From an uncultured Anaerolineae bacterium (GTDB lineage Bacteria > Chloroflexota > Anaerolineae > Aggregatilineales > UBA3940): a DNA stretch of 37,490 nt. Each line of letters opens with the position of its first letter. Position 1 is the first letter of the stretch. The stretch covers positions 1-37,490 of the forward strand of contig CAZWUX010000001.1 of the NCBI GenBank assembly GCA_964637665.1. The letters are read 5' to 3'. A program made the position numbers and the translations under genes. Under the pieces are notes generated by a model. It was given only the letters and a program-made list of their open reading frames with translations. It was not told the DNA's origin and did no database searches. This document shows positions 18,564 to 27,391 of the stretch, piece by piece.

Positions 18564-19742
18564 TTATATCGGCCTGAGAATGCGATCTTCCCGCAGGCGC
18601 TTGAACAGCATATCCGATCCCGGCGGGGCGGATTCCTCCGCCGCCTGCCGCCAGTCCGGCACGCGCAGGTCACTCGGCGTGCGATCCTCGTACCCGGCGG
18701 CCCGGATCACCCGGTGTAACCCGTCCGGCGCATCGCCGGGCAGGAACAGCAGCGCCACCTCGCTCTGCAGATCGCTCGCCGCCCGCTCGATGCCGTCGAG
18801 CAGGCCATGCGCCACGTCTTCGAGAGGCGCGTTGGACGCCACGTAAAACTCATCCACCCGTGTGATGAGATTCTCGACCTGCCAGCCCGCCAGCCCGACG
18901 GTCGAATCGCCGATGTGGGCCAGCATGTACGCCTTCTCGCCGAACGCCCGCCGCACGGACTCGTCGTCCGACGACGCGTCATGCATCTGCCGGATAAAAG
19001 CGGCGATCTCCGGCGCGTGGTGCATCATCGCCCGCCGCACGACAAGCTCGCCCGCCGGTTTCGCGGCGGCTGCCGCCTCCGGTCTGGGTTCGGGCCGGGC
19101 GGGGGCCGCCGCCTCGGCTTCGACCTCGACCTGATCGCGGCCCGTCAGCTCGCTCAGGCCGCGCTGCACCTGATCGTAAGTCTGGAGATAGGCGCCGCTG
19201 TTGTCGATGACGCGCGCCGCCCGCGCGATCTTGTCCTCCTGCGGGGGCTGGGCGTCGACCCGCAGCCGCGCTGCCTTTTCGGCTAATCCTCGCACGCTGA
19301 CGAGGCGCTCGATCCGCGCCTCGCGCGGCGCATCGACCACCCACACGGCGTCACACGCCCCGGCCAGCCCGGATTCGAATAGTTTGATGGCCTCGATCAC
19401 GACGACAGGCTGCTTCGCCCGCCGGATCAGCAGATCGACCACCTCCACGACGATGGGGTGCGTGATGTCTTCGAGGATCGCCAGCGCCTCCGGCTCGGAG
19501 AACACGATCCGGCCCAGCCGCCCCCGGTCGATCTGCCCGGAGGGGGCCAGCACCCACCGCCCAAACCATTCGATGATCGGTTTATAGGCGGGCGCGCCGG
19601 GTGACATCGCGCGGTGAGCCAGCCCGTCGGCGTCGATGCCGAACGCGCCGAGGTGCTCCAGCATACGGCGCACCACGCTCTTTCCGGTGGCGATGTTCCC
19701 CGTCAGCCCAATAACGGTTTTGTCCGGCCAGCGCTTACTCAC
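18564..19742 (-). CDS. coaE: Dephospho-CoA kinase with C-terminal GNAT-like domain
   Basis: IGLTGNIATGKS P-loop, IDAD..AH, IDR.RLG.IVF, LEDITHP, VIEAIKLFE, VIDNSG; about 170-aa extension (LVVRRA...VGLAGWQVENL). Confidence 0.92.
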   Translation of the reverse strand: MSKRWPDKTVIGLTGNIATGKSVVRRMLEHLGAFGIDADGLAHRAMSPGAPAYKPIIEWFGRWVLAPSGQIDRGRLGRIVFSEPEALAILEDITHPIVVEVVDLLIRRAKQPVVVIEAIKLFESGLAGACDAVWVVDAPREARIERLVSVRGLAEKAARLRVDAQPPQEDKIARAARVIDNSGAYLQTYDQVQRGLSELTGRDQVEVEAEAAAPARPEPRPEAAAAAKPAGELVVRRAMMHHAPEIAAFIRQMHDASSDDESVRRAFGEKAYMLAHIGDSTVGLAGWQVENLITRVDEFYVASNAPLEDVAHGLLDGIERAASDLQSEVALLFLPGDAPDGLHRVIRAAGYEDRTPSDLRVPDWRQAAEESAPPGSDMLFKRLREDRILRPI

Positions 19743-19828
19743 GCGCCGCTCCCATCATTGAAACGCTCAGTAAGAAAAGGTTTGTCCGGTATTCTAGCGG
19801 CAGGGGGAAATGGCGTCAAGCGGGGCGA

Positions 19829-20764
19829 TCAGACCATCCGCCCGTCGGCCAGCATATCGACCATCGTGCGGTTCTGTGGCTGCTCGACGAACTCCAGAAA
19901 CTTCGTCCGCACCGGGGAGGCCGGGCGCGAGGTCGCGTACACAAGCTGGACCGGGTTCGACAGGTCGAGCCCGCAGACGTTGACGATGGCGAGCCGCCCC
20001 AGCGCGAGGCGGGGGCTGGCCGCCAGCAGCGACACGAACGACACGCCGATGCCATGCTCGACCGCCATCGCAAGCGCCTCCTGGTTGCCGACCTCCATCA
20101 CGATGTTGAGGTCCTCCGGGTTCAGGCCGACGCTCGACAGCCCCCGGTCGATGATGATCCGGCAGGGGGCCTCCGGCTCGCGGCAGATGAACTGCTCGGC
20201 CAGCAGCGCCTCCGGATCGATGCTCTCGTAGGGCGTCCACTGGTGGCCCGCCGGGACGATCAGCACGAGGCGGTCGGTGAAGAAATCGACCGTCCCCAGA
20301 TCGCCCTCCGCCGCCGCCGCGCTGACGACACCCAGATCGTAAACGCCCGACGAGACGCCTTCCAGCACGGCGTCGGGCGTGACGACCGGGATCGTCACCC
20401 GCACCTGCGGGTACAGGCTCCGGAAGCGCGCGACGAGGCGCGGCAGGATGTACTTACCCGACGCCGTGCTGCACCCGATGGTCAGGTTGCCCGCGACGCG
20501 CCCGTTCGCGCTGCGGATCGCCTCCTCGGCGGCGACGGCCATCTGCACGATCTGCTGGGCGAGCGGCACGAGCGCCTGCCCGGCCTTCGTCAGCCGGATG
20601 CTGCGCCCCTCACGCTCGAAAAGATCGACCTGAAGGTAATTTTCCAGCGAGCGGATCTGCATACTGACCGCAGGCTGCGTTAGATTCAGCAAGCGGCCTG
20701 CCTCGGTGAAATTCTCGGTCCGGGCGGCTTCGAGGAATACCCGAAGCGCATGATTATCAAGCAT
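19829..20764 (-). CDS. LysR-family transcriptional regulator (CysL-like)
   Basis: NFTEAGRLLNLTQPAVSMQIRSLE HTH, LFER, IGCSTASGKYILP, ICREPE. Confidence 0.93.
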   Translation of the reverse strand: MLDNHALRVFLEAARTENFTEAGRLLNLTQPAVSMQIRSLENYLQVDLFEREGRSIRLTKAGQALVPLAQQIVQMAVAAEEAIRSANGRVAGNLTIGCSTASGKYILPRLVARFRSLYPQVRVTIPVVTPDAVLEGVSSGVYDLGVVSAAAAEGDLGTVDFFTDRLVLIVPAGHQWTPYESIDPEALLAEQFICREPEAPCRIIIDRGLSSVGLNPEDLNIVMEVGNQEALAMAVEHGIGVSFVSLLAASPRLALGRLAIVNVCGLDLSNPVQLVYATSRPASPVRTKFLEFVEQPQNRTMVDMLADGRMV

Positions 20765-21011
20765 GTTGGCGTGTCTCTCTCGTCGATGCCGGTACGTGAC
20801 CTCCGTTATCGATATAGTAGCTTTAAATTATCCAGATAAGCAGTGAGGGGTGTCACCAGTTCAGGGTGCCTTCCGGCACGTCTGCCTGCGCCATTTGGCG
20901 ATTCTTACGGCAGTTTTATGGAGTTTTTTAGAGGCCCCGCGCGTGGGTAGGTATAGTCAAAATGACTCGCATCGAGTTGGTGCTAGCACGCTGAAAAAAG
21001 GAGCTGTATCT

Positions 21012-21421
21012 ATGTCTCTCAACGAAATCCCCTTGAACTATCGCGACCTGCTGGAGGACGAAAAGCGGGCCTTTATGGACCTCGCCACGACGATGCCCGA
21101 CGGCTCGCCGCAGGTCACGCCCGTGTGGTTCAACCACGACGGCGACAGCCTGCTGATCAACAGCGCGAAGGGCCGCGTGAAAGACCACAACATGCGCACC
21201 CACCCGGAGGTCGCCTGCCTGATCGTCGATCCCGACAACCCTTATCGCTACATCCAGATCATGGGCCGCGTCGAGGAGATCGTCGAGGACAAGGCGGTCG
21301 CCGAGAAGCACATCAACGACCTGAACGAAAAGTATCACGGCAAGCGCGGCTACCCCACATCGGGGACGCCGAGCGCGTCCAGTACCGCATCAGGCCGGAA
21401 CAGATATCCACGATGGGCTGA
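21012..21421 (+). pseudogene. PPOX-class F420-dependent oxidoreductase with 1-nt frameshift near 21353-21356 (or sequencing error)
   Basis: LATTMPDGSPQVTPVWF, INSAKGRVK..N, DPDNPYRYI, KYHG in one frame; the expected C-terminus AERVQYRIRPEQISTMG* is in another frame. Confidence 0.8.
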
Positions 21422-21533
21422 TGCGCCTCATAGGGCCGTATCCGACAGGCGGGCTGGTATAGCTCACCTGTTCGATTCTATGCGGCGAATCGGGTAAAAT
21501 GGGGTAGGCCAGAGTTAAACGGAGGAACACCCG

Positions 21534-22214
21534 ATGTGCGGACGTTTTACGCTGTGGATCGACCTCAACGAGCTGGTCGGGGCGATGCCCTGGCTGACCA
21601 TCCCCGGCGGCCTGGAGACGCTGACCCCACGCTACAACATCGCGCCGACGCAGCCTATCGCCGTCGTGCCCAACGACGGCGAGCGGGCGCTCGACTTCTT
21701 CGTCTGGGGGCTGATCCCATCGTGGGCCAAAGACCCGAAGATCGGCAGCCGCATGATCAACGCGCGCGGTGAAACCGTCGCCGAGAAGCCCAGCTTCCGG
21801 GCGGCCTACAAACGCCGCCGCTGCCTGATCCTGGCCGACGGCTTCTACGAGTGGCAGAAAGTGCCCGGCCAGAAGGCCAAGCAGCCGGTGTACATCCACC
21901 TGAAATCCGGGGAGCCATTCGCCTTCGCCGGGCTGTGGGAATACTGGCAGTCCGAGTACGGGGACGAGGTGCGCTCCGCGACGATCATCACGACGACACC
22001 CAACGACCTGCTCGCCCCCATCCATAACCGGATGCCGGTGATCCTGCCCCCGGCGGCATACGATCGCTGGCTCGACCCCGGCGAGCAGCCGCCTGACGCG
22101 CTGGACGATCTGTTGGCCCCTTACCCTGCATCCGAGATGGAAACCTACCCCGTGTCGACGATGGTGAACAGCCCGGCCAACGACATACCGGCGTGCATCG
22201 AGCCGCTGGGCTGA
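21534..22214 (+). CDS. SOS response-associated peptidase (SRAP/YedK/HMCES family)
   Basis: N-terminal MCGRF, PRYNIAPTQ, WGLIPSW, INARGET, GFYEW, IHNRMPVIL. Confidence 0.96.
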   Translation: MCGRFTLWIDLNELVGAMPWLTIPGGLETLTPRYNIAPTQPIAVVPNDGERALDFFVWGLIPSWAKDPKIGSRMINARGETVAEKPSFRAAYKRRRCLILADGFYEWQKVPGQKAKQPVYIHLKSGEPFAFAGLWEYWQSEYGDEVRSATIITTTPNDLLAPIHNRMPVILPPAAYDRWLDPGEQPPDALDDLLAPYPASEMETYPVSTMVNSPANDIPACIEPLG

Positions 22215-22231
22215 CCGGGCCAGCGGGAAAC

Positions 22232-22271
22232 AAAAAACCGGGCACCGCGCCTTGCGGGGCGCGATGCCCGT
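22232..22271 (-). terminator. Intrinsic terminator
   Basis: CGGGCA-CCGCGCC...GGCGCG-A-TGCCCG stem with a T6 tail on the minus strand. Confidence 0.65.
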
Positions 22272-22289
22272 TGTGCGTCTTACAGCGAA

Positions 22290-22736
22290 TCACGACGGCG
22301 GCATCTGGACGCCAAGCTGGCCGAGCACGCTACCGAAGCCCGTCTCCGGCGAGTCGAAGATGCGAATCCACTTGATCCGGCCATTCTCGACGACGCCCTC
22401 ACTCTCCTCTTCGCCTCCGACGAAGGCGATGCCCGTCGCCGGGATGACGCCCAGCCCCATCGGGGTGAGGTCGAGGTCGCCGGTGTGCGTGCCGGTGATG
22501 CGGCTCGTCACCCGCGCGCTGTCCCCCTCCATCTCGACGAGGCGCAGGTTGAAGCGCAGGTCCGGGGCACCGGCCCACCAGGCCCCCAGCAGGCCCATCC
22601 AATTGTATGCATCCAACCCGTCCGGAAACGTCGACGAATAAAAGCGAAAATCGTCGGCCAGATACGTCATGGCCTCGTCCAGCTTACCTTCATCCAGCGT
22701 CACAAGGAAGCCCTCAACTAATTCCCTGTTATCCAC
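22290..22736 (-). CDS. SnoaL-like ester cyclase / NTF2-fold protein
   Basis: YLADDFRF, AGAPDLRF, ITGTHTGDLDL..GVIPATG, VENGRI; GTG start with GAGGAG RBS. Confidence 0.85.
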   Translation of the reverse strand: MDNRELVEGFLVTLDEGKLDEAMTYLADDFRFYSSTFPDGLDAYNWMGLLGAWWAGAPDLRFNLRLVEMEGDSARVTSRITGTHTGDLDLTPMGLGVIPATGIAFVGGEEESEGVVENGRIKWIRIFDSPETGFGSVLGQLGVQMPPS

Positions 22737-23258
22737 TTCGTGCTCCTCTCAGAACGCAAAAACCGAACGCGGCTGCAAAAGTCGGTCAGGCTGCCTCCTT
22801 TCCTCTATTCGGGCGCGGCGGCACCTCTCCCGCACGGCGGGGCGTACGGGGATCAGACGGTGGGTGGATCAGGGTGATGGGGATACGGTCGGCGGCGGGA
22901 ATAATTCGGATTGCTTCTATCCATTATAAGCCGGAACCGGGCGAGGACAAGCGGCGGGTGTCCGGTGAACGCCGCTCCGATCGGCTGTCAGGCTTCAACC
23001 GGAAATCGGGTGGATGTCACCCCGGAATCCCGGCCAGCCGGTCGCGGTTGCGCTCCATATAGGCCCGGCGCGCGTCGCGTTTTTCGGGGGTGTTCAACGC
23101 GCGTTCGGGTTCGATGTCGACGTGGGCGATCACGTTGTCAAGCCGCCCGGATGTTTCCGCATCGTAACGTCTGTCACGGACCTGCCACCTGCCTGCCATC
23201 GTCCCATCACCGCCGGGCGCTATACTGTGGGCAGTTTCACAGGGGAGGTAATCTCAAC

Positions 23259-24410
23259 ATGACGTTCCCGCCCATTAAGCGCATCTTCATTCCCTGGATC
23301 AGCCTGCCGCTCGCCTTCCTGATCGCGGCGGCCTGCGGCACGTTCGAGGTGATCGTCGAGGGCACGGCCCCGCCCCCCGGCGAGGTGAGCGTGTCGCCGA
23401 CCCCGGCGCACGCCACGCCGACGGCCACACCCGATTCCATCTCGGCGGGCGTCGATCCGCGCCTGCTGGGGCTGATTTACCGCTACAGCAGCAGCGTCAA
23501 CGAGGTCACCGAGCGGTTCACGATGGACCAGCTTTACGACCGGGCGGCGGTCACGCCATCACCCGACGGCGCGCACGCCCTGTACGAGGACCCCAACGGC
23601 ATCCACCTGCTGACCGCCGCGACGGGGGAGGATCACCTGCTGGTTGACGCCGGTCAGGGGGAGGTTTGCTGCGCGGTGTGGTGGCCCGCCCGCCCGGACA
23701 TCGTGCTGTACGCCGTGCTGCCATCGCTGGACGAGCGCGGGCCCGGCGCGCTGGGCCAGCTTGCCGCAGTGAGCGTCGACGGGACGGATTACGGTGTGCT
23801 CGACGCGGAGCACGATCCCGGCCCCGGCCTGCCCGCCCCCTCGCCGGACGGCGAGCGGATCGCCTACGGCGGCGGTGAGGTAGGCTACATCAAAACGTGG
23901 GGCGGCGGCGTTGAGGTCTTCGACCCGCGTGACTACGGTCTCTCGACGGCGACATCGCCGCATATAGGCAGCCCGGCATGGTCACCGGATGGCGCGAAGC
24001 TGGCGTGGGTGATCGGCAATGTGCCTGAGCCGGAGCAGATCAGCACGGTCGTATTCGACGTGGCGGCGCGTACGGCGACCATCGTCCACACGCACGTCGT
24101 GGTCGGCGGGCGCGGCGGCTGGTTCCCCGCCCCGGTATGGAGTCCCGACGGCGAGTGGCTGACCGTTCAAACGGACGACCTGGCCGACCGGCGGTTCAGG
24201 ACGACGGTCGTCCGCGCCGACGGGAGCGAGGCGCACGAGATCGGCGCGGGCAGCGTCGTGTGGCACCCGGCTGGGGAATGGCTCGCCCTGAACCAGCTCG
24301 ACACCCCTGACGCAGAGATGCAGATCCACCTTGTCGAGGTCGGCGAGTGGGAGCGCCAGCCAACCAACATACCCGCCGGGAGCGAGGCGCTCGTGTGGGC
24401 GGCGCACTGA
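23259..24410 (+). CDS. Lipoprotein with TolB-like/PD40 beta-propeller repeats
   Basis: GGAGGT RBS then ATG at 23259; lipobox IAAAC; P/T linker; repeats SPDGAH, SPDGERIAY, PAWSPDGAKLAW, PVWSPDGEWL. Confidence 0.85.
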   Translation: MTFPPIKRIFIPWISLPLAFLIAAACGTFEVIVEGTAPPPGEVSVSPTPAHATPTATPDSISAGVDPRLLGLIYRYSSSVNEVTERFTMDQLYDRAAVTPSPDGAHALYEDPNGIHLLTAATGEDHLLVDAGQGEVCCAVWWPARPDIVLYAVLPSLDERGPGALGQLAAVSVDGTDYGVLDAEHDPGPGLPAPSPDGERIAYGGGEVGYIKTWGGGVEVFDPRDYGLSTATSPHIGSPAWSPDGAKLAWVIGNVPEPEQISTVVFDVAARTATIVHTHVVVGGRGGWFPAPVWSPDGEWLTVQTDDLADRRFRTTVVRADGSEAHEIGAGSVVWHPAGEWLALNQLDTPDAEMQIHLVEVGEWERQPTNIPAGSEALVWAAH

Positions 24411-24423
24411 TCCCCCATCCCCA

Positions 24424-24463
24424 AAATATAAAGCGGGCTGCCGCGTGGCAGCCCGCCCTGTTT
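24424..24463. terminator. Bidirectional intrinsic terminator
   Basis: GCGGGCTGCC-GCGT-GGCAGCCCGC with an A-rich 5' flank and TGTTT 3' flank. Confidence 0.7.
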
Positions 24464-24472
24464 CGCGCAAAA

Positions 24473-25606
24473 TTACAGCTTCATGCGGTAAATGTGATGC
24501 GTCTTGTAGAAGTCCACGCCGAATTTCTTCATCTCGTTGAGGCTTTTCGCGTTGAACTCGGATATCTGGACCACGTCGGCGTGTTTGAAGCGTGGGAAGT
24601 CGGCCAGCGCCCGGTACAACTCGGCGTACATGACCGCCGTCCCGCCCATGCCCTGATATTCCGGCTGGATGCCCATCCCGTTCAGGTTGAGCCAGTCGGA
24701 GGTGCGCAGCGAGCGCAGCAGGTGGAACCACCCGAACGGGAACAATCGCCCTTTCGACCTGCGCAGCCCCTCCGAGATGTCGATGAAGCAGAACAAAAAG
24801 CCGATGATGTCGTCGTCCTTCGTGAGGAAGCGGATCAACTCCGGATCGGTGATGGTCAGCATCTTGTCGGCCAGCGCCTTGATGGCGTCCTCCGGCATCG
24901 GCGGATCGCCCGCGATGTCCGTGAACGATCGGTTGTAGACCTCGACCAGCCGGGGCGCGGCCCACTTCAGCAGCGCGCGCTTCGAGGAGAACATCCGCTC
25001 CTCGAACCCGTAGCGCTGCCTGACCTTATCCGCGATGTCCAGCACCCGCTGGGGGAAGTTCTCCATCATGTACGGCACGCTCAGATAGCCGGAGTAAACG
25101 CGTTCCTCAAGCTCGAAGCCGTAGTCCGTCGTCAGGCGGTTGTAGTATTCATAATTGTAGGGGATGGTCAATGCCGGGCGACGATCGAAGCCCACCGCCA
25201 GCATGCCGATCCCGTCGAACGGCAGGAAACCGAGCGGGCCGCGCAGCAGATCGAGGCCGCGTTCCCGCGCCCACGCGGAAACGGCGTCGAACAGCGCATT
25301 GGCGACGGCAGGATCGTCCACCGCGTCGAACAGAAAGAACCTCGCCTCGCTGCCCCCTTTGTACTCGTTCTCGCGGCGCGGCCACAGCGCGGCGATGCGC
25401 CCCACGTCCCGCCCATCCTCGACGGCGAGGAAAAACGCCGCGTCGTTTTCTCTATAGTAGGGGTTTTTCTCCCTGTCGAGCTGAAACCGCGCGTCGGAGA
25501 TAAAGGGCGGCACCCAGTAGGGCGAATCCTCGTACAGGCTGAGCGGCAGGTTGATGAAGCGGTTGGCCTCGCGGCGGTTGGTCGTGTCGATCTCGTGGAT
25601 ATCCAT
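24473..25606 (-). CDS. YghO-like double-GNAT N-acyltransferase
   Basis: FINLPLSLY..SPYWVPP, DVGRIAA, F.LFDAVDD, LRGPLGF, PYNYEYY, GRLFPFGW, GIQPEYQGMG. Confidence 0.82.
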   Translation of the reverse strand: MDIHEIDTTNRREANRFINLPLSLYEDSPYWVPPFISDARFQLDREKNPYYRENDAAFFLAVEDGRDVGRIAALWPRRENEYKGGSEARFFLFDAVDDPAVANALFDAVSAWARERGLDLLRGPLGFLPFDGIGMLAVGFDRRPALTIPYNYEYYNRLTTDYGFELEERVYSGYLSVPYMMENFPQRVLDIADKVRQRYGFEERMFSSKRALLKWAAPRLVEVYNRSFTDIAGDPPMPEDAIKALADKMLTITDPELIRFLTKDDDIIGFLFCFIDISEGLRRSKGRLFPFGWFHLLRSLRTSDWLNLNGMGIQPEYQGMGGTAVMYAELYRALADFPRFKHADVVQISEFNAKSLNEMKKFGVDFYKTHHIYRMKL

Positions 25607-25643
25607 CCCGTCCTCCGGTGTGATGTGTTTGCAGCGTGAGGGA

Positions 25644-25677
25644 AAAACAATGCGCCCGGCTGAAACTCTCCGGGCGG
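25644..25677 (-). terminator. Possible intrinsic terminator just upstream of the GNAT gene
   Basis: Minus strand CGCCCGG-N10-CCGGGCG followed by CATTGTTTTT. Confidence 0.5.
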
Positions 25678-25880
25678 TTAACGTCCGTGCGACGCGCGGG
25701 CTGGGCGCGCCGCGATGTGAGTGAATGTTAAGGGATCAACCCCGTAACCGTGTGGAACGGTTTCCTGGCTTTGCGAGACCCCTCTCCTGACCTCGCGTGG
25801 GGGGTTCTGGCAGGCAGATAGAGCAACGCTTCAGGCAAAGTTACCGGGTTATTCAGTAAAACGCCATATGCGTCCCGGCG

Positions 25881-26516
25881 TTACGCATCGCGCGAGAACA
25901 TGAGGCCGAAGCCCCGGCGCGTCACGACGTAGTGATCGGCGTCGTAGCGCGCCAGCCGCTTGCGCAGGCGCGAGACGAGCGTGTCGATCATCTGGTCGGT
26001 AATGTGCGCCTCGTCCGGCCAGACGGCCCCGGCGATCTCCTCACGCGTGACGATCTCGTCCTCTCGGCGCACGAGGGTGGCGAGCAGCGCGTACTGGCTG
26101 GGCGAGAGCGGCGGATCGACGAGCTGGCCGTTGACGAACACCTCGGCGCGTGTCTCATCCACCTGCACGCCCTCGAAGCTGAGCGCCCGCAGATCGACCT
26201 GATCCGTCGCCGCCGGGTCGTCGAAGCGGAGGACGACGGACGACGCAAACTGGATCTCGTCGCCGTCGGTCAGCAGCACCTCGCCCTGCACACGCTCGCC
26301 GTTGACGAACGTGCCGTTCGTGCTGCCCTCGTCGGTGACGGTGTACTGCCCGTAGCTGCGGTCGATGCGCGCGTGCAGCCGGGATATGCCCGGCGCGTCG
26401 AGCGTGAGCAGACATTCCGCATCGCGCCCGATGGTGCACGGGCACTTCTCCAGCACGAATCGCTCGCCTTCGTGAGCGCCGCGTATGATGATCAAGGAGG
26501 CTGGCATGGCCGCCAT
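25881..26516 (-). CDS. FHA domain plus OmpR-type winged-helix transcriptional regulator
   Basis: FHA motifs IGRD, ISRLHARI and D..STNGTFVNG; wHTH motifs LSPSQYALL, VTREEIAGAVW, IDTLVSRLRKRL, TRRGFG. Confidence 0.92.
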   Translation of the reverse strand: MAAMPASLIIIRGAHEGERFVLEKCPCTIGRDAECLLTLDAPGISRLHARIDRSYGQYTVTDEGSTNGTFVNGERVQGEVLLTDGDEIQFASSVVLRFDDPAATDQVDLRALSFEGVQVDETRAEVFVNGQLVDPPLSPSQYALLATLVRREDEIVTREEIAGAVWPDEAHITDQMIDTLVSRLRKRLARYDADHYVVTRRGFGLMFSRDA

Positions 26517-26578
26517 GTCGGACTCCCTCAGCCTGTCTTCGCCCCTGCTCTAATATGTATAACCCCTGCGCGGCAGCG

Positions 26579-27109
26579 CTACACGAGCGCCTGCGCGCAG
26601 TGTGCCCGGACCGCGCACGCCCGGCAGATGGATGGGTCTTCGTGCGAGCGCGGAACCTCCGGCGCGGCGGCAGCCCGCCGCATCTCGCCCAGTAGATCGG
26701 TTAGCCCCTGCCGGGGCGCAGGCCCCCACTCCAGAGGCACGTCCCGGTCAGCGTAGCGCAGCAGCGCATAGGGTACGCTGCGATCATAGACCAGTTCGGC
26801 CAGCCTGCAAAGTGCGGCGGCCTGCATCCGCGTGCCCCGCGAGGGGGCTTCCGGCGCGGGGCGGTCGATGACCTGCACGGGGATCATCTGACCCTCCGCC
26901 ACGAGGTGCAGCAGCCCATGCGGCGTTCCTGCCAGCCCCGCTGCCGGGGCGATCAGCGGGCCGCGTGGCACCAGCGCCTCCGCCGCCCGATCGGCGAGGT
27001 CGACGCGGGCAGCAGGGCGTACGCCCTGCCCCAGCCGGTAGCCCGCCACGATGAGCAGCACCCCGCCCACGGCGCACAGCAGCGCGCCTATTTGCAGGAC
27101 GACGGGCAT
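26579..27109 (-). CDS. Membrane-anchored Cas4/Dna2-like protein, C-terminal part; nuclease motifs degenerate
   Basis: N-terminal TM helix; GLAGTPHGLL (cf. GL.GxPD), IPVQVI (cf. IPVEVK), MQAAALC.L.E (cf. QLxxYxxLxE); C-terminal CRACAVRAHC. Confidence 0.7.
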   Translation of the reverse strand: MPVVLQIGALLCAVGGVLLIVAGYRLGQGVRPAARVDLADRAAEALVPRGPLIAPAAGLAGTPHGLLHLVAEGQMIPVQVIDRPAPEAPSRGTRMQAAALCRLAELVYDRSVPYALLRYADRDVPLEWGPAPRQGLTDLLGEMRRAAAAPEVPRSHEDPSICRACAVRAHCAQALV

Positions 27110-27115
27110 CGCACG

Positions 27116-27391
27116 TTAAAAGACGAGCAGGCCGAGCGCCAGCAGCAGCACGGCCAGCCCGATCAACACCCCACCTGCGATCATCAACCGGCGGGCCAGC
27201 CAGCGCCGCCGAACCAGCGTGGCCCGCGCCTCGCGGATCGCGCCGCCGGGCGCGTAGCCCTTCACGTCGGCCAGCCACCACGCCCGGCGGCAGGTCAAAT
27301 ATGCGGCGATCCCCTCGACGGTGATCAGCGCGGGCGGCGCATCCCCGCTGTGGGGGGCGGGGATTTTGCCGGGCGAGGTGGGGCGCTTCAC
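27116..27391 (-). CDS. Small membrane protein carrying the Cas4 N-terminal Cys motif
   Basis: ITVEGIAAYLTCRRAWWL resembles the Cas4 N-terminal YxxCPRxxW motif; C-terminal TM helix; GTG start overlaps the upstream TGA (GTGA). Confidence 0.72.
   Translation of the reverse strand: MKRPTSPGKIPAPHSGDAPPALITVEGIAAYLTCRRAWWLADVKGYAPGGAIREARATLVRRRWLARRLMIAGGVLIGLAVLLLALGLLVF

Noticed and set aside
21461-21474. LexA box upstream of the SRAP gene
   Set aside because: Only the GTTCG half-site matches; the left half GCTC has two mismatches to GAAC.
22729-22737. DnaA-box-like TTATCCACT
   Set aside because: Single copy far from dnaA, explained by the GTG-GAT-AAC start codons of the SnoaL gene.
25660-25850. 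Glycine or c-di-GMP-I riboswitch
   Set aside because: Fragments such as GAAACTCTC, TCAGGCAAA and CGCAAAGCC resemble consensus pieces, but order, strand and the other conserved elements do not fit.
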